DNA of 32,000 nt from Microcystis aeruginosa NIES-2549 (lineage in GTDB: Bacteria; Cyanobacteriota; Cyanobacteriia; Cyanobacteriales; Microcystaceae). Positions 23,826-32,000 of the stretch are shown one piece after another; position 1 is the stretch's first letter, and each line of letters starts with the position of its first letter. The position numbers and the translations under genes were made by a program. A model generated the notes under the pieces. It did no database searches. It was not told where the DNA came from and was given only the letters and a program-made list of their open reading frames with translations. The DNA lies in NCBI RefSeq assembly GCF_000981785.2, contig NZ_CP011304.1:3810001-3842000 (forward strand), in the 5' to 3' direction.

Positions 23826-25514
23826 CTAACGATTTTTAAAAGCTTCGATCGCCGCCGGCAAAGTATAGTAAATCCTCTCCTCGCTAATTTTATCTAACAA
23901 GCGGGAACGTTGCAATTCTAAGTACAGATCGTGTTTAACCCTAGCGAGAGCGAAAACTATACCCTGTCTTGATAATTCTGCTGCTAATTCCTCAAGAATC
24001 TCCACTGCTGTACTATCCAATTCCCCAAGAGCCTCCGTATTCAAGACAAACCATTCTACCGGTTTTGTCTCCCGGGCAATGGCACTGAGAGCGCGACGTT
24101 TAAAGTCGGCCGCATTAGCAAAAAATAAGGGGGCATCGTAACGATAGATAACCAACCCCGGTATTGTTTGCGCTTCCGGCCAATCCTGGAGCGCGTGTAA
24201 ACCCATCACCCCCGGAACCTTACCCAAGACCGCATCATCGGGCCGAGTAATGCGGGCCAATAAATCGATAACCGAGAGACCGATGGCGATAGCAACCCCG
24301 CTTAAAATCCCCGTGGTTAGCACCCCCACCATGGTCAGGACAGCGAGATTAAACTCACTATTGCGAAAGCTTTTTAGTCGTTTAGCGCCGGCAATATCCA
24401 CCAGTTTACAGGCTGCATAAATCACCAGCGCACCCAAAGCGGCCTTGGGAAAGAGTGCCAGTAGTGGACCGAGCAGGAAAATGACCGCCACCACCACCAC
24501 TGCCACCACTAGGGAGTAAAGCTGACTTTTACTGCCCACGGAATCGCCCACCGCGGTGCGACTGGCACTGCTGCTGATGGGAAATCCCTGACAAAAACCC
24601 GCCGCCAGATTCCCCAGTCCCAGGGCTAAAAATTCTTGATTGGCATCGATTTCTTGGTTATGGCGTGCGGCGAAGGCTCTAGCGGTCAAAACGTTATCGG
24701 AATAGCCCACCAGGGCAATGCCGACGGCTGCGGTTCCTAGGGGTAGTAATTGGGAAAAATCTAGGGTTGGTAAGCCAAAATTAGGCAAAGTATTGCTAAT
24801 TTTCCCCACTACTGCCACCCCCTCTTGATCGAGATGGAGGGTGGCGACAGCGAGGGTTCCCAGTAAAACCGCCAGCAAGGGACCCGGTGCTTTGGGAAAA
24901 TATTTTTGGATGACAAATAGAAATAGTAGCAGCAATAGAGCGAGGCTAAGGGTTGGCCAGTGCCATTGATTTATTCCCCGAAAAAAAGCTAAAATTTCTT
25001 TAAAAACCGTATTTTCACGGATTGACAAACCACTAATTTTACCCAGTTGTCCCGCAATCATGATCACCGCCACTCCCGCCATATAACCGATCAGGATCGG
25101 TTTGGAGAGTAAATTAGCTAAAAATCCCAAGCGGGCGATATAACCAACTAAACAGATTAAACCGACCATTAGGGCTAAAAAAGCCGCTAAACTACCGTAA
25201 TTTTCCCCTTGAAGGCTTACCATAGGTGCGATCGCTGCCGCCGTCATCACTGCCGTGGTCGATTCCGGTCCGAGGGATAGTTGCGATGAGGAACCGAAAA
25301 GGGCGTAAACTAGGGCCGCTGGCACGAGAGTCCACAATCCCACCACCGGCTCGACTCCGGCCAGGTCGCCGTAGGCCATACACTGGGGAATAGCGTAGGC
25401 TGCCACGGTGACACCGGCGAGGATATCTCTCCCCAGCCACTGCCATTGATAGGAGCGCAGGTTTTTTAGCCCGGGTAAATCAGGAAAATCCACTCGTCGG
25501 GAGTTTTTACTCAT
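23826..25514 (-). CDS. SulP-family inorganic anion transporter with C-terminal STAS domain
   Basis: 562 aa, polytopic. AGVTVAAYAIPQCMAYGDLAGV, GPESTTAVM and SSSASRTAV motifs. STAS-like tail (VIYRYDAPLFFANAADF...). Confidence 0.9.
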   Translation of the reverse strand: MSKNSRRVDFPDLPGLKNLRSYQWQWLGRDILAGVTVAAYAIPQCMAYGDLAGVEPVVGLWTLVPAALVYALFGSSSQLSLGPESTTAVMTAAAIAPMVSLQGENYGSLAAFLALMVGLICLVGYIARLGFLANLLSKPILIGYMAGVAVIMIAGQLGKISGLSIRENTVFKEILAFFRGINQWHWPTLSLALLLLLFLFVIQKYFPKAPGPLLAVLLGTLAVATLHLDQEGVAVVGKISNTLPNFGLPTLDFSQLLPLGTAAVGIALVGYSDNVLTARAFAARHNQEIDANQEFLALGLGNLAAGFCQGFPISSSASRTAVGDSVGSKSQLYSLVVAVVVVAVIFLLGPLLALFPKAALGALVIYAACKLVDIAGAKRLKSFRNSEFNLAVLTMVGVLTTGILSGVAIAIGLSVIDLLARITRPDDAVLGKVPGVMGLHALQDWPEAQTIPGLVIYRYDAPLFFANAADFKRRALSAIARETKPVEWFVLNTEALGELDSTAVEILEELAAELSRQGIVFALARVKHDLYLELQRSRLLDKISEERIYYTLPAAIEAFKNR

Positions 25515-25642
25515 AGTTTCTCTCTTAACGGCGACTTCACCTAATTTTAACGGAAGAATTAGCTAGGAAAAGCCCTTAGGCTGAGATATTTTCTGTCAGC
25601 AGCATATTTATACCGTGTTAACCGCAATTTTAGTTAAATTAG

Positions 25643-26326
25643 CTAAATATACTCAGAAATATCCTCTTGACAATCATCGGCTAAGTATGATAAAGCCCGG
25701 AAGCGTAAACCGACTAATTGCTCGTAGAGAGGATTTAACTTGCACAGGGGCGGAATATGGACTAATTTATGACCAAACAGCACGATATCCCGTTCAAAAG
25801 GACATTGAGGTGGGACCATTTTGCAGATAAACCGGGCCAAACGCGGATCGTGCATTTCTACCCCATCTAACCAGTCTTTGAGGGGATGCAGCAGATCCGG
25901 GTGGGGATGTTCGGCACTGATAAACTCAGATTTCTGCGCTTCCGTGGTAATTTCGGGAATTTCACAGACAGTATGTTCTAAAGCTGACAGGGCCTCGATT
26001 TCTAACCCGAAAGCATCCCGATAACTATGCAGTAATGCCGCTTCTGCGGGGGAATAAATGCCATCGGCGATCGCTACCATCACCGCCGTGCGGAGGAAGT
26101 TTTCTGATATTTTGGGGTCATGACCGAAACTTGCGGCCAATTCTTCGGGACTAATCGACTGATAGAGAACGTGGTCGTCATCTAATTCTAATTCGTGAGC
26201 GAAACGGGCGATCGATTCCTGTTCGCTGGTGCTATAATCCCCATCAGACCAGGCAATTGTCAGTAATCCCCGTAACCAGTCCCTAACTTGTTCGTTAGTG
26301 TAGCGATATTGAACAGAGCTAACCAT
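25643..26326 (-). CDS. TerB-like N-terminal domain + Mo-dependent-nitrogenase C-terminal-like domain protein
   Basis: 227 aa. The N-terminal half has two tellurite-resistance-TerB-like repeats (IAWSDGDYSTSEQESI; MVAIADGIYSPAEAALL). The C-terminus LLHPLKDWLDGVEMHDPRLARFICKMVPPQCPFERDIVLFGHKLVHIPPLCKLNPLYEQL matches the Mo-nitro_C family as remembered. Confidence 0.6.
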   Translation of the reverse strand: MVSSVQYRYTNEQVRDWLRGLLTIAWSDGDYSTSEQESIARFAHELELDDDHVLYQSISPEELAASFGHDPKISENFLRTAVMVAIADGIYSPAEAALLHSYRDAFGLEIEALSALEHTVCEIPEITTEAQKSEFISAEHPHPDLLHPLKDWLDGVEMHDPRLARFICKMVPPQCPFERDIVLFGHKLVHIPPLCKLNPLYEQLVGLRFRALSYLADDCQEDISEYI

Positions 26327-26566
26327 AGGTATTGCTAAAACTGATTTCTAGTTTCTCAATTCCATTCTACCGATCGCTTCTGGATTCTAGTGGCTCCTGT
26401 TCACATCATGTAACCATTGCAACCATCCTTAGGGTCAGGGAGGAAGTTTTCATTTTTCAGGCGGCATAATCGGGCAATTTTCGCCCCCAGGAGCGGGGGT
26501 AAGGGTTGGTGCTTTTTGCTCCTTCCCCAACCGCGTCAGTCCTGCTGAAAAGGCGGATTCCTGGGA

Positions 26567-27952
26567 TTAACGGCCAATACCGAGGTAACGGAAACCGGCT
26601 GCTGTCACCACCGCAGGATCGAGGAAATTGCGACCATCAATTAACACGGGTTCGCGCATGGTTTTAACCATTTTGCCGTAGTCGAGACGGAGAAATTCTT
26701 GCCATTCCGTCACCACCACCAAAGCGTCACAACCATCGGCCAATCTTTCTGGATCCGATTCGATAATCACACCGCTTAGACCGTGACTTAAACCACTTTG
26801 GGAAACGATCGGATCATAGGCTTTTACCTTAGCACCTAAACGATTTAACTGTTCGATCATGGTTAAAGCCGGAGCATCGCGCATATCATCGGTATCGGGT
26901 TTAAAAGTTAATCCCAACAAACCGACGGTTTTACCCTTGAGGATTTTTAATTCCTGTTGCAGTTTTTCGATCGCAATTGTCCGTTGACGTTTGTTAACAT
27001 TGATAGCGGCGTTAAGTAATTCCGTTTCGTAACCGTAGTCTTCTGCGGTATGTACCAAAGCCGACACATCTTTGGGAAAACAGGAACCCCCCCAACCGAT
27101 CCCGGCCGAGAGGAACTTGCTGCCGATACGGGAATCTAAACCGATACCTTTAGCCACTTGGGTGACATCGGCCCCGACGCGATCGCAGATGTTAGCTACT
27201 TCGTTAATAAAGCTAATTTTGGTGGCTAGGAAGGCATTAGCGGCGTATTTAATCATTTCCGCCGAACTGAGATCCGTAACCACCACGGGAACGGGAGGCA
27301 AGGAGGTATCGTCAGCGAATTGGCGTTCAACCAAAGGCGCGTACAATTCCTTCATCATTTCGATGGCTTTCGGGTTATTACTGCCTAAAACAATGCGATC
27401 AGGGTTAAAAGTATCATAAACTGCCGAACCTTCGCGTAAAAATTCGGGATTGCTGACCACATCGAATTCCGCTTCGATACGTTCTAGTGTACTAATACCG
27501 CCAACCGCAGCTACGAGATTTTTTTGTCTCTCGGCCACGCCATCGAGGACGATCATCCGTACCCAATCCCCGGAACCGATGGGAACGGTAGATTTATTGA
27601 CGATTACTTTATAACCACCGTTGAGATGGGCCCCAATACCCCGGGCCACCGCTTCCACATAACGGGTGTCACTTTCTCCCGTGGGTAGTGCTGGTGTACC
27701 AACTGCGATAAAGAGGATTTCGCCGTGTTTAACTCCCGCTTCTAGGTCTGTGGAGAATTCCAGATTGCCGGAGGCTGCCGAAGACTGCATTAATTCCGAT
27801 AACCCCGGTTCATAGATGGGAGATTGTCCCGATTTCATCAATTTGACTTTTTCTTCATTGTTATCAATACAGATAACATGATGGCCGATATGTGCTAGAC
27901 AAACCCCGGTGACTAAACCCACATAACCCGTTCCGATAACACAAACACGCAT
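26567..27952 (-). CDS. ugd: UDP-glucose 6-dehydrogenase
   Basis: MRVCVIGTGYVGLVTG Rossmann fold and GGSCFPKD catalytic Cys motif. ATG at 27952, 8 nt after GGAG, is preferred over the GTG at 27961 used by the track. Confidence 0.93.
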   Translation of the reverse strand: MRVCVIGTGYVGLVTGVCLAHIGHHVICIDNNEEKVKLMKSGQSPIYEPGLSELMQSSAASGNLEFSTDLEAGVKHGEILFIAVGTPALPTGESDTRYVEAVARGIGAHLNGGYKVIVNKSTVPIGSGDWVRMIVLDGVAERQKNLVAAVGGISTLERIEAEFDVVSNPEFLREGSAVYDTFNPDRIVLGSNNPKAIEMMKELYAPLVERQFADDTSLPPVPVVVTDLSSAEMIKYAANAFLATKISFINEVANICDRVGADVTQVAKGIGLDSRIGSKFLSAGIGWGGSCFPKDVSALVHTAEDYGYETELLNAAINVNKRQRTIAIEKLQQELKILKGKTVGLLGLTFKPDTDDMRDAPALTMIEQLNRLGAKVKAYDPIVSQSGLSHGLSGVIIESDPERLADGCDALVVVTEWQEFLRLDYGKMVKTMREPVLIDGRNFLDPAVVTAAGFRYLGIGR

Positions 27953-27997
27953 GATAATCACTCCGGTGACAATTAGGTTAAATTTATTGATTAGGGA

Positions 27998-28924
27998 TTA
28001 GCTGAGACGAGAACGGAAATCCTCGATCGTCATTTTTAAACCCTGGCGTAGAGGAATAGTTGGACTCCAATCCAAATAGGTTTTAGCACGAGTGATATCC
28101 GGTTGTCGCTGCTTGGGATCATCTTCCGGCAGTGGTTTATAGACCAATTCGGCCTCGGGATTGATCATACCTTGGATCACTTGCGCTAATTCCAGAATTG
28201 TGTATTCGTCGGGATTGCCGAGATTAACCGGCCCGATAAAGTCCCCATTCATCAAACGCATTAACCCTTCCACCAGGTCAGAAACATAGCAAAAACTGCG
28301 GGTTTGGGAACCTTGACCATAAACCGTTAAGGGTTCACCGCGCAAAGCTTGTACCACGAAATTACTCACCACTCGACCATCGTTTTCCAGCATTCGCGGG
28401 CCGTAGGTGTTGAAAATCCGGGCCACCCGGATATCGACTTTATGCTCCCGATAATACTCAAAAGCCAGGGTTTCCGCCACCCTTTTACCTTCGTCATAAC
28501 AGGAACGCGGTCCAATGCAGTTGACATTACCTCGATATTCTTCCGTTTGGGGATGCACATCAGGATCGCCATAGACTTCTGAGGTAGAAGCGAGCAAAAA
28601 TCGCGCTTTTACCCTTTTAGCTAGGCCCAGCATATACATAGTCCCTAAAACATTGGTTTTAATCGTTTTGACGGGATTATATTGATAGTGGATCGGGGAA
28701 GCAGGACAGGCCAGGTGATAAATCTGATCGACTTCTAAACGGATCGGCTCGGTGATATCGTGACGAATTAGCTCAAAATAAGGATTTCCTAGCCATTTAA
28801 CGATATTTCGGCGCGTCCCCGTGTAGAAGTTATCCAGACAGATCACTTCATGACCCTGTTCCATCAAGCGATCAATTAGATGGGAACCAATAAAACCCGC
28901 ACCGCCTGTAACTAGGATTCTCAT
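27998..28924 (-). CDS. UDP-glucuronate decarboxylase (UDP-xylose synthase), SDR family
   Basis: 308 aa. [27 protein letters not shown] catalytic motif, NTYGPRM. Adjacent to ugd, forming a UDP-Glc to UDP-GlcA to UDP-Xyl pair. Confidence 0.9.
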   Translation of the reverse strand: MRILVTGGAGFIGSHLIDRLMEQGHEVICLDNFYTGTRRNIVKWLGNPYFELIRHDITEPIRLEVDQIYHLACPASPIHYQYNPVKTIKTNVLGTMYMLGLAKRVKARFLLASTSEVYGDPDVHPQTEEYRGNVNCIGPRSCYDEGKRVAETLAFEYYREHKVDIRVARIFNTYGPRMLENDGRVVSNFVVQALRGEPLTVYGQGSQTRSFCYVSDLVEGLMRLMNGDFIGPVNLGNPDEYTILELAQVIQGMINPEAELVYKPLPEDDPKQRQPDITRAKTYLDWSPTIPLRQGLKMTIEDFRSRLS

Positions 28925-29012
28925 GTAATCGCAAAGTACTCATCTAAAATTATTATTAAAATACCCTTACGCTGGCTTTTTGGCAAATATTTTTTTTGAC
29001 GGGGTGTTAAGT

Positions 29013-29040
29013 ATCAGTGATCAGTTATCAGTTATCAGCG
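29013..29040. repeat. heptamer tandem repeat (ATCAGTK)x4, STRR-like
   Basis: atcagtg-atcagtt-atcagtt-atcagcg, running into a HIP1 site. Confidence 0.9.
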
Positions 29041-29125
29041 ATCGCCGAGGCCTGGCTAATGGCTGAATAATGGCTCGGTAATCCTTAAAAAATGTAACAA
29101 TTTTCGTAGTCATCCCTACAGAGTT

Positions 29126-29554
29126 CTATATTGTCCAATCTTGTAGGCGTAAATTAGGGATTTGAGAGAAATCACGATAATTGCGTGTTACTAAAATACT
29201 GTTTTCTGATAAACTAATCGCTGCAATTCTTAAATCTTGTGTTCCTATACGAATTTTTTGCTCCCGTAATTCTCTGAAATGATAATGAGCTTCTAAAGTA
29301 TAGTTCAAAATTTTAAATTTGCTCAGATAATTAACTATATCTCTCAAACCTTGATAGCCTTTGATTAACTTTTCATATTGATTGCTTTGAGAGTATTTTC
29401 TGATCACGCTGAACCATCCTCTTACTTGTTCTTCTAAAGTAATAATTGTTATAGCCGTATCATCAGGATCGATAGACGCTACTCTCCGAACTAAGTTCGG
29501 ATGTAGTTTTTGCAGTAGGGTTATATGATCGGTATCTAATATATATTGAGTCAC
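29126..29554 (-). CDS. vapC: PIN-domain toxin (VapC-like)
   Basis: 142 aa. YILDTDHIT (Asp), TLEEQVRGW (Glu), GTQDLRIAAI (Asp), LVTRNYRDF. Overlaps the upstream small gene by 4 nt. Confidence 0.8.
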   Translation of the reverse strand: MTQYILDTDHITLLQKLHPNLVRRVASIDPDDTAITIITLEEQVRGWFSVIRKYSQSNQYEKLIKGYQGLRDIVNYLSKFKILNYTLEAHYHFRELREQKIRIGTQDLRIAAISLSENSILVTRNYRDFSQIPNLRLQDWTI

Positions 29555-29787
29555 GGTGTTTCAACTTGTTGACTGTCTTCTTGGTCAACTTTTTGACGAT
29601 AGGTTTCCATACTCTCTATGACTTCATCTAAGAGGGGATTATAGGTTAGTGTAACTGGTATATTGACCAGTGGATGCTCTTGTTGTTGTTTTTTCTGCGC
29701 TAATTTTTCAAATAATTGGTTTTGTTCTTCTAAAGAAAGTTTATCGATAGATTCTATAATCTGGCTAAGAGAAAGATGAGGAGTCAT
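29551..29787 (-). CDS. putative antitoxin partner of the PIN toxin
   Basis: 78-aa ORF with ATGA overlap onto the toxin start. No fold recognised from sequence. Confidence 0.55.
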   Translation of the reverse strand: MTPHLSLSQIIESIDKLSLEEQNQLFEKLAQKKQQQEHPLVNIPVTLTYNPLLDEVIESMETYRQKVDQEDSQQVETP

Positions 29788-30124
29788 AAATTACAAGCCT
29801 TTTTGACTAGATATTGATGCTAGTGTAGCATAATTCCCTTCGCTAACAGCTTTAAAACAGATCCTACAGTAATCCGCATTTTTCTGATAGTTCCCTAGTG
29901 GTACAAACAGGATGCCTGTAAATGACATTGATGCAATTGGTAGCACAGGCATCCGCCGCCTGTAAAGAGATAGAAAGATTTAAGGTTAGAACAAGGCCAG
30001 CATCTGTTATAGTCTAATACAGAAGAAACTACCTTGTCAAATTTAGGCAAATTCGGGCAAAATAGGGGATGTAAATTTTATACACTATTTAGTATTATTT
30101 TGATAGGACTAAAGAGGCTAGATT

Positions 30125-32000
30125 ATGACCAGTGCCGGGCAAAATAAGTTATTTATCCTGATCGATGGGCATTCTTTGGCTTTTCGTGCCTATTATGCCT
30201 TTGCTAAGTCTCGTTCTGGTCCTCTGCGTACTTCTAGCGGCATTCCCACCAGTGTTTGTTTTGGGTTTTTAAATTCTCTGCTGCAGTTACTAGAAACTCA
30301 AAAACCCGCTTATTTAGCAGTTGCTTTTGATTTAGCAGTCCCTTCTTTTCGCCATGAAGCTGATGTTAATTATAAGGCTAATCGGCAAGAAACTCCCGAA
30401 GAATTTCGCCCCGATTTAACTAATCTGCAAAGTCTCTTGGCAGCGATGAATATTCCTATTGTTACTTCCCCGGGTTACGAAGCAGATGATGTTTTAGGAA
30501 CTTTGGCAAAACAAGCCGGCGATAATGGTTATACGGTCAAGATTTTAACAGGCGATCGAGATTTATTCCAATTGGTAGATGAGGAGAAAAAAACCACAGT
30601 TCTCTATCTGGATATTAATGCAGTCAAAAATACATCGGGACAGGGTTATACAGAATTTAATTCCCAAGCTGTCACGGAAAAGTTAGGGGTAACACCAAAA
30701 CAGGTAGTAGATTTTAAAGCTCTTTGCGGTGATAAGTCTGATAATATCCCCGGAGTGCGCGGAATTGGCGAAAAAACAGCGATAGATTTATTAAAAAAAT
30801 ACGATAACTTAGAGGATATATATACCAATCTGGAATCGATCAAGGGAATGGTAAAAACTAAATTATTAGAGGGAAAAACCGCAGCCGAAAGTTCTCGCTA
30901 TTTAGCCAAAATTGCCCTTGATGCCACCGTTAGCCTCGAAGAAGAGAAATTTCGTCTCCGAGGTTTTGATCGGCGTTTAGTTAAACCTTTATTGGAAAAA
31001 TTAGAGTTAAAGAAAATTCTCCAGAAACTCGATCAAATTCAACAGCATCTAGGTGGCACTCCTACCCTAGAATTAACTAGCGATGCTGATTATAATCAAT
31101 TGTCTCTGTTTGATTTACCCCCTATTTCTCCACCAGTTCTAATTGCTCCCGACATTATTGATACTATTCCTAAGTTAGATGCTTTACTGGCAAAATTAAC
31201 AACTTTCACTAATCGGCAATGTCCTGTCGCTTGGGATACCGAAACCACGGATTTAAATCCTCGTGTAGCCAAATTAGTTGGCATCGGTTGCTGTTGGGGA
31301 AAAGAATTAAATGCTATGGCCTATATTCCCATCGGCCACCAGAGCGGTGATAATTTAAATCTAGAGATAGTTCTCGAAAAATTACGCCCAATTTTAGCCA
31401 GTGATGATTATCCGAAAGTCTTCCAGAATGCGAAATTTGATATTGATGTTTTTTATCATCAAGGAATTACCGTTAAAGGTCTAGTTTTTGATACTATGGT
31501 GGCTAGTTATGTCCTCCATCCCGAACTAACTCATAATCTCGAAGATTTATGCGATCGCTATTTAACTGGTATCACTTCCCTTAGTTATAAAAGTCTCGGT
31601 ATTCCTACGGGAAAAACCATAGCTGATTTAGATATTACCACTACTGCTACCTACTGCGGATTAGATGCCTACGCTACCTATTTACTTCGAGAAAAATTAC
31701 AGGCAGAATTAACTAAAATTCCCCCTTTATATCAATTATTCTCTGAAATAGAATCTCCCTTAGTCATGGTGCTGTGGCAGATGGAAAATTATGGTATAAA
31801 AATTAATATCAATTATCTAAAAAACTTGTCCCAGCAACTAGAAAGAGACTTGGCAGACATAGAAAAAAAAGCTTACGAATCCATCGGAGAAACTTTTAAT
31901 CTTGGCTCTCCTAAACAGTTAAGTGAAATCCTCTTTGATCGATTGGCACTCAATCGCAAAAAATCCAGAAAAACTAAAACAGGTTACTCTACTGATCAAA
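30125..32000 (+). CDS. polA: DNA polymerase I, N-terminal ~625 codons (3' end outside window; absent from ORF track)
   Basis: ATG at 30125; frame open to the window end. LILIDGHSLAFRAYYA, GYEADDVLGTLA, LTGDRDLFQL, GDKSDNIPGVRGIGEKTA (5'-3' exonuclease), then WDTETTDL and FQNAKFD (3'-5' exonuclease-like domain). Confidence 0.95.
   Translation, partial: MTSAGQNKLFILIDGHSLAFRAYYAFAKSRSGPLRTSSGIPTSVCFGFLNSLLQLLETQKPAYLAVAFDLAVPSFRHEADVNYKANRQETPEEFRPDLTNLQSLLAAMNIPIVTSPGYEADDVLGTLAKQAGDNGYTVKILTGDRDLFQLVDEEKKTTVLYLDINAVKNTSGQGYTEFNSQAVTEKLGVTPKQVVDFKALCGDKSDNIPGVRGIGEKTAIDLLKKYDNLEDIYTNLESIKGMVKTKLLEGKTAAESSRYLAKIALDATVSLEEEKFRLRGFDRRLVKPLLEKLELKKILQKLDQIQQHLGGTPTLELTSDADYNQLSLFDLPPISPPVLIAPDIIDTIPKLDALLAKLTTFTNRQCPVAWDTETTDLNPRVAKLVGIGCCWGKELNAMAYIPIGHQSGDNLNLEIVLEKLRPILASDDYPKVFQNAKFDIDVFYHQGITVKGLVFDTMVASYVLHPELTHNLEDLCDRYLTGITSLSYKSLGIPTGKTIADLDITTTATYCGLDAYATYLLREKLQAELTKIPPLYQLFSEIESPLVMVLWQMENYGIKININYLKNLSQQLERDLADIEKKAYESIGETFNLGSPKQLSEILFDRLALNRKKSRKTKTGYSTDQ

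Noticed and set aside
25192-26024. ORFs 25192-25446(-), 25615-25830(+), 25821-26024(+)
   Set aside because: They are alternative-frame or antisense shadows of the SulP and TerB-like genes.
27072-28582. ORFs 27072-27419(+), 28349-28582(+), 28366-28572(-)
   Set aside because: They are shadows within ugd and the UDP-glucuronate decarboxylase gene.
29910-29954. 10-bp inverted repeat GGATGCCTGT-N25-ACAGGCATCC between the TA pair and polA, considered as a tRNA or sRNA
   Set aside because: It has no cloverleaf or T-loop features (no GTTCRANYC). A single stem-loop is insufficient to call an RNA gene.
30646-31284. Minus-strand ORFs 30646-30843 and 31096-31284
   Set aside because: They are antisense to the open polA frame.

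Overview
All family assignments below come from reading motifs by eye and from recall; no database search was run.

This is a cyanobacterial chromosomal window. It has more than ten HIP1 octamers (GCGATCGC, e.g. 346-353, 2151-2158), STRR-like heptamer and octamer tandem repeats in intergenic DNA, and the genes ndhM, petL, a PAM68-like gene and rpaB. The AT-richness and gene content remind me of Microcystis, but that is recall only.

Housekeeping genes: aspS (partial), DAHP synthase, rpsO, ndhM, rpaB, radA, petL, a SulP transporter, ugd, UDP-glucuronate decarboxylase and polA (partial). petL and polA are absent from the supplied ORF track.

Three accessory blocks sit between them:
- **1.2-4.6 kb:** a TIR-FGE/sulfatase-modifying-domain fusion gene carrying an in-frame G/C-run palindromic mini-element. 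It is bracketed by same-orientation Uma2 (PD-(D/E)XK) nuclease sequence: a 3' fragment on one side and a 661-bp tandem gene duplication on the other.
- **7.8-17.7 kb:** a minus-strand peptide export locus. It encodes a HetC-like ABC exporter (cNMP-binding-like N-terminus plus an intact C39 peptidase), HlyD, a HetP-like protein, five small paralogous peptides with a shared leader and unrelated cores, and a PpiC-like protein. A recurring TTGCCA-N3-TGGCAA palindrome and related hairpins lie between the genes.
- **21.7-23.7 kb:** an exactly 467-bp-periodic tandem array of four DUF29 genes plus a truncated fifth copy.

The observation I rate highest is in the HetP-like protein. Its C-terminus carries a sequence matching the double-glycine leader consensus, and it shares IRDL with one neighbouring peptide leader. 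This leader-like stretch is followed by only seven residues (FRELPWF), which suggests the protein is itself a substrate of the adjacent C39 exporter.
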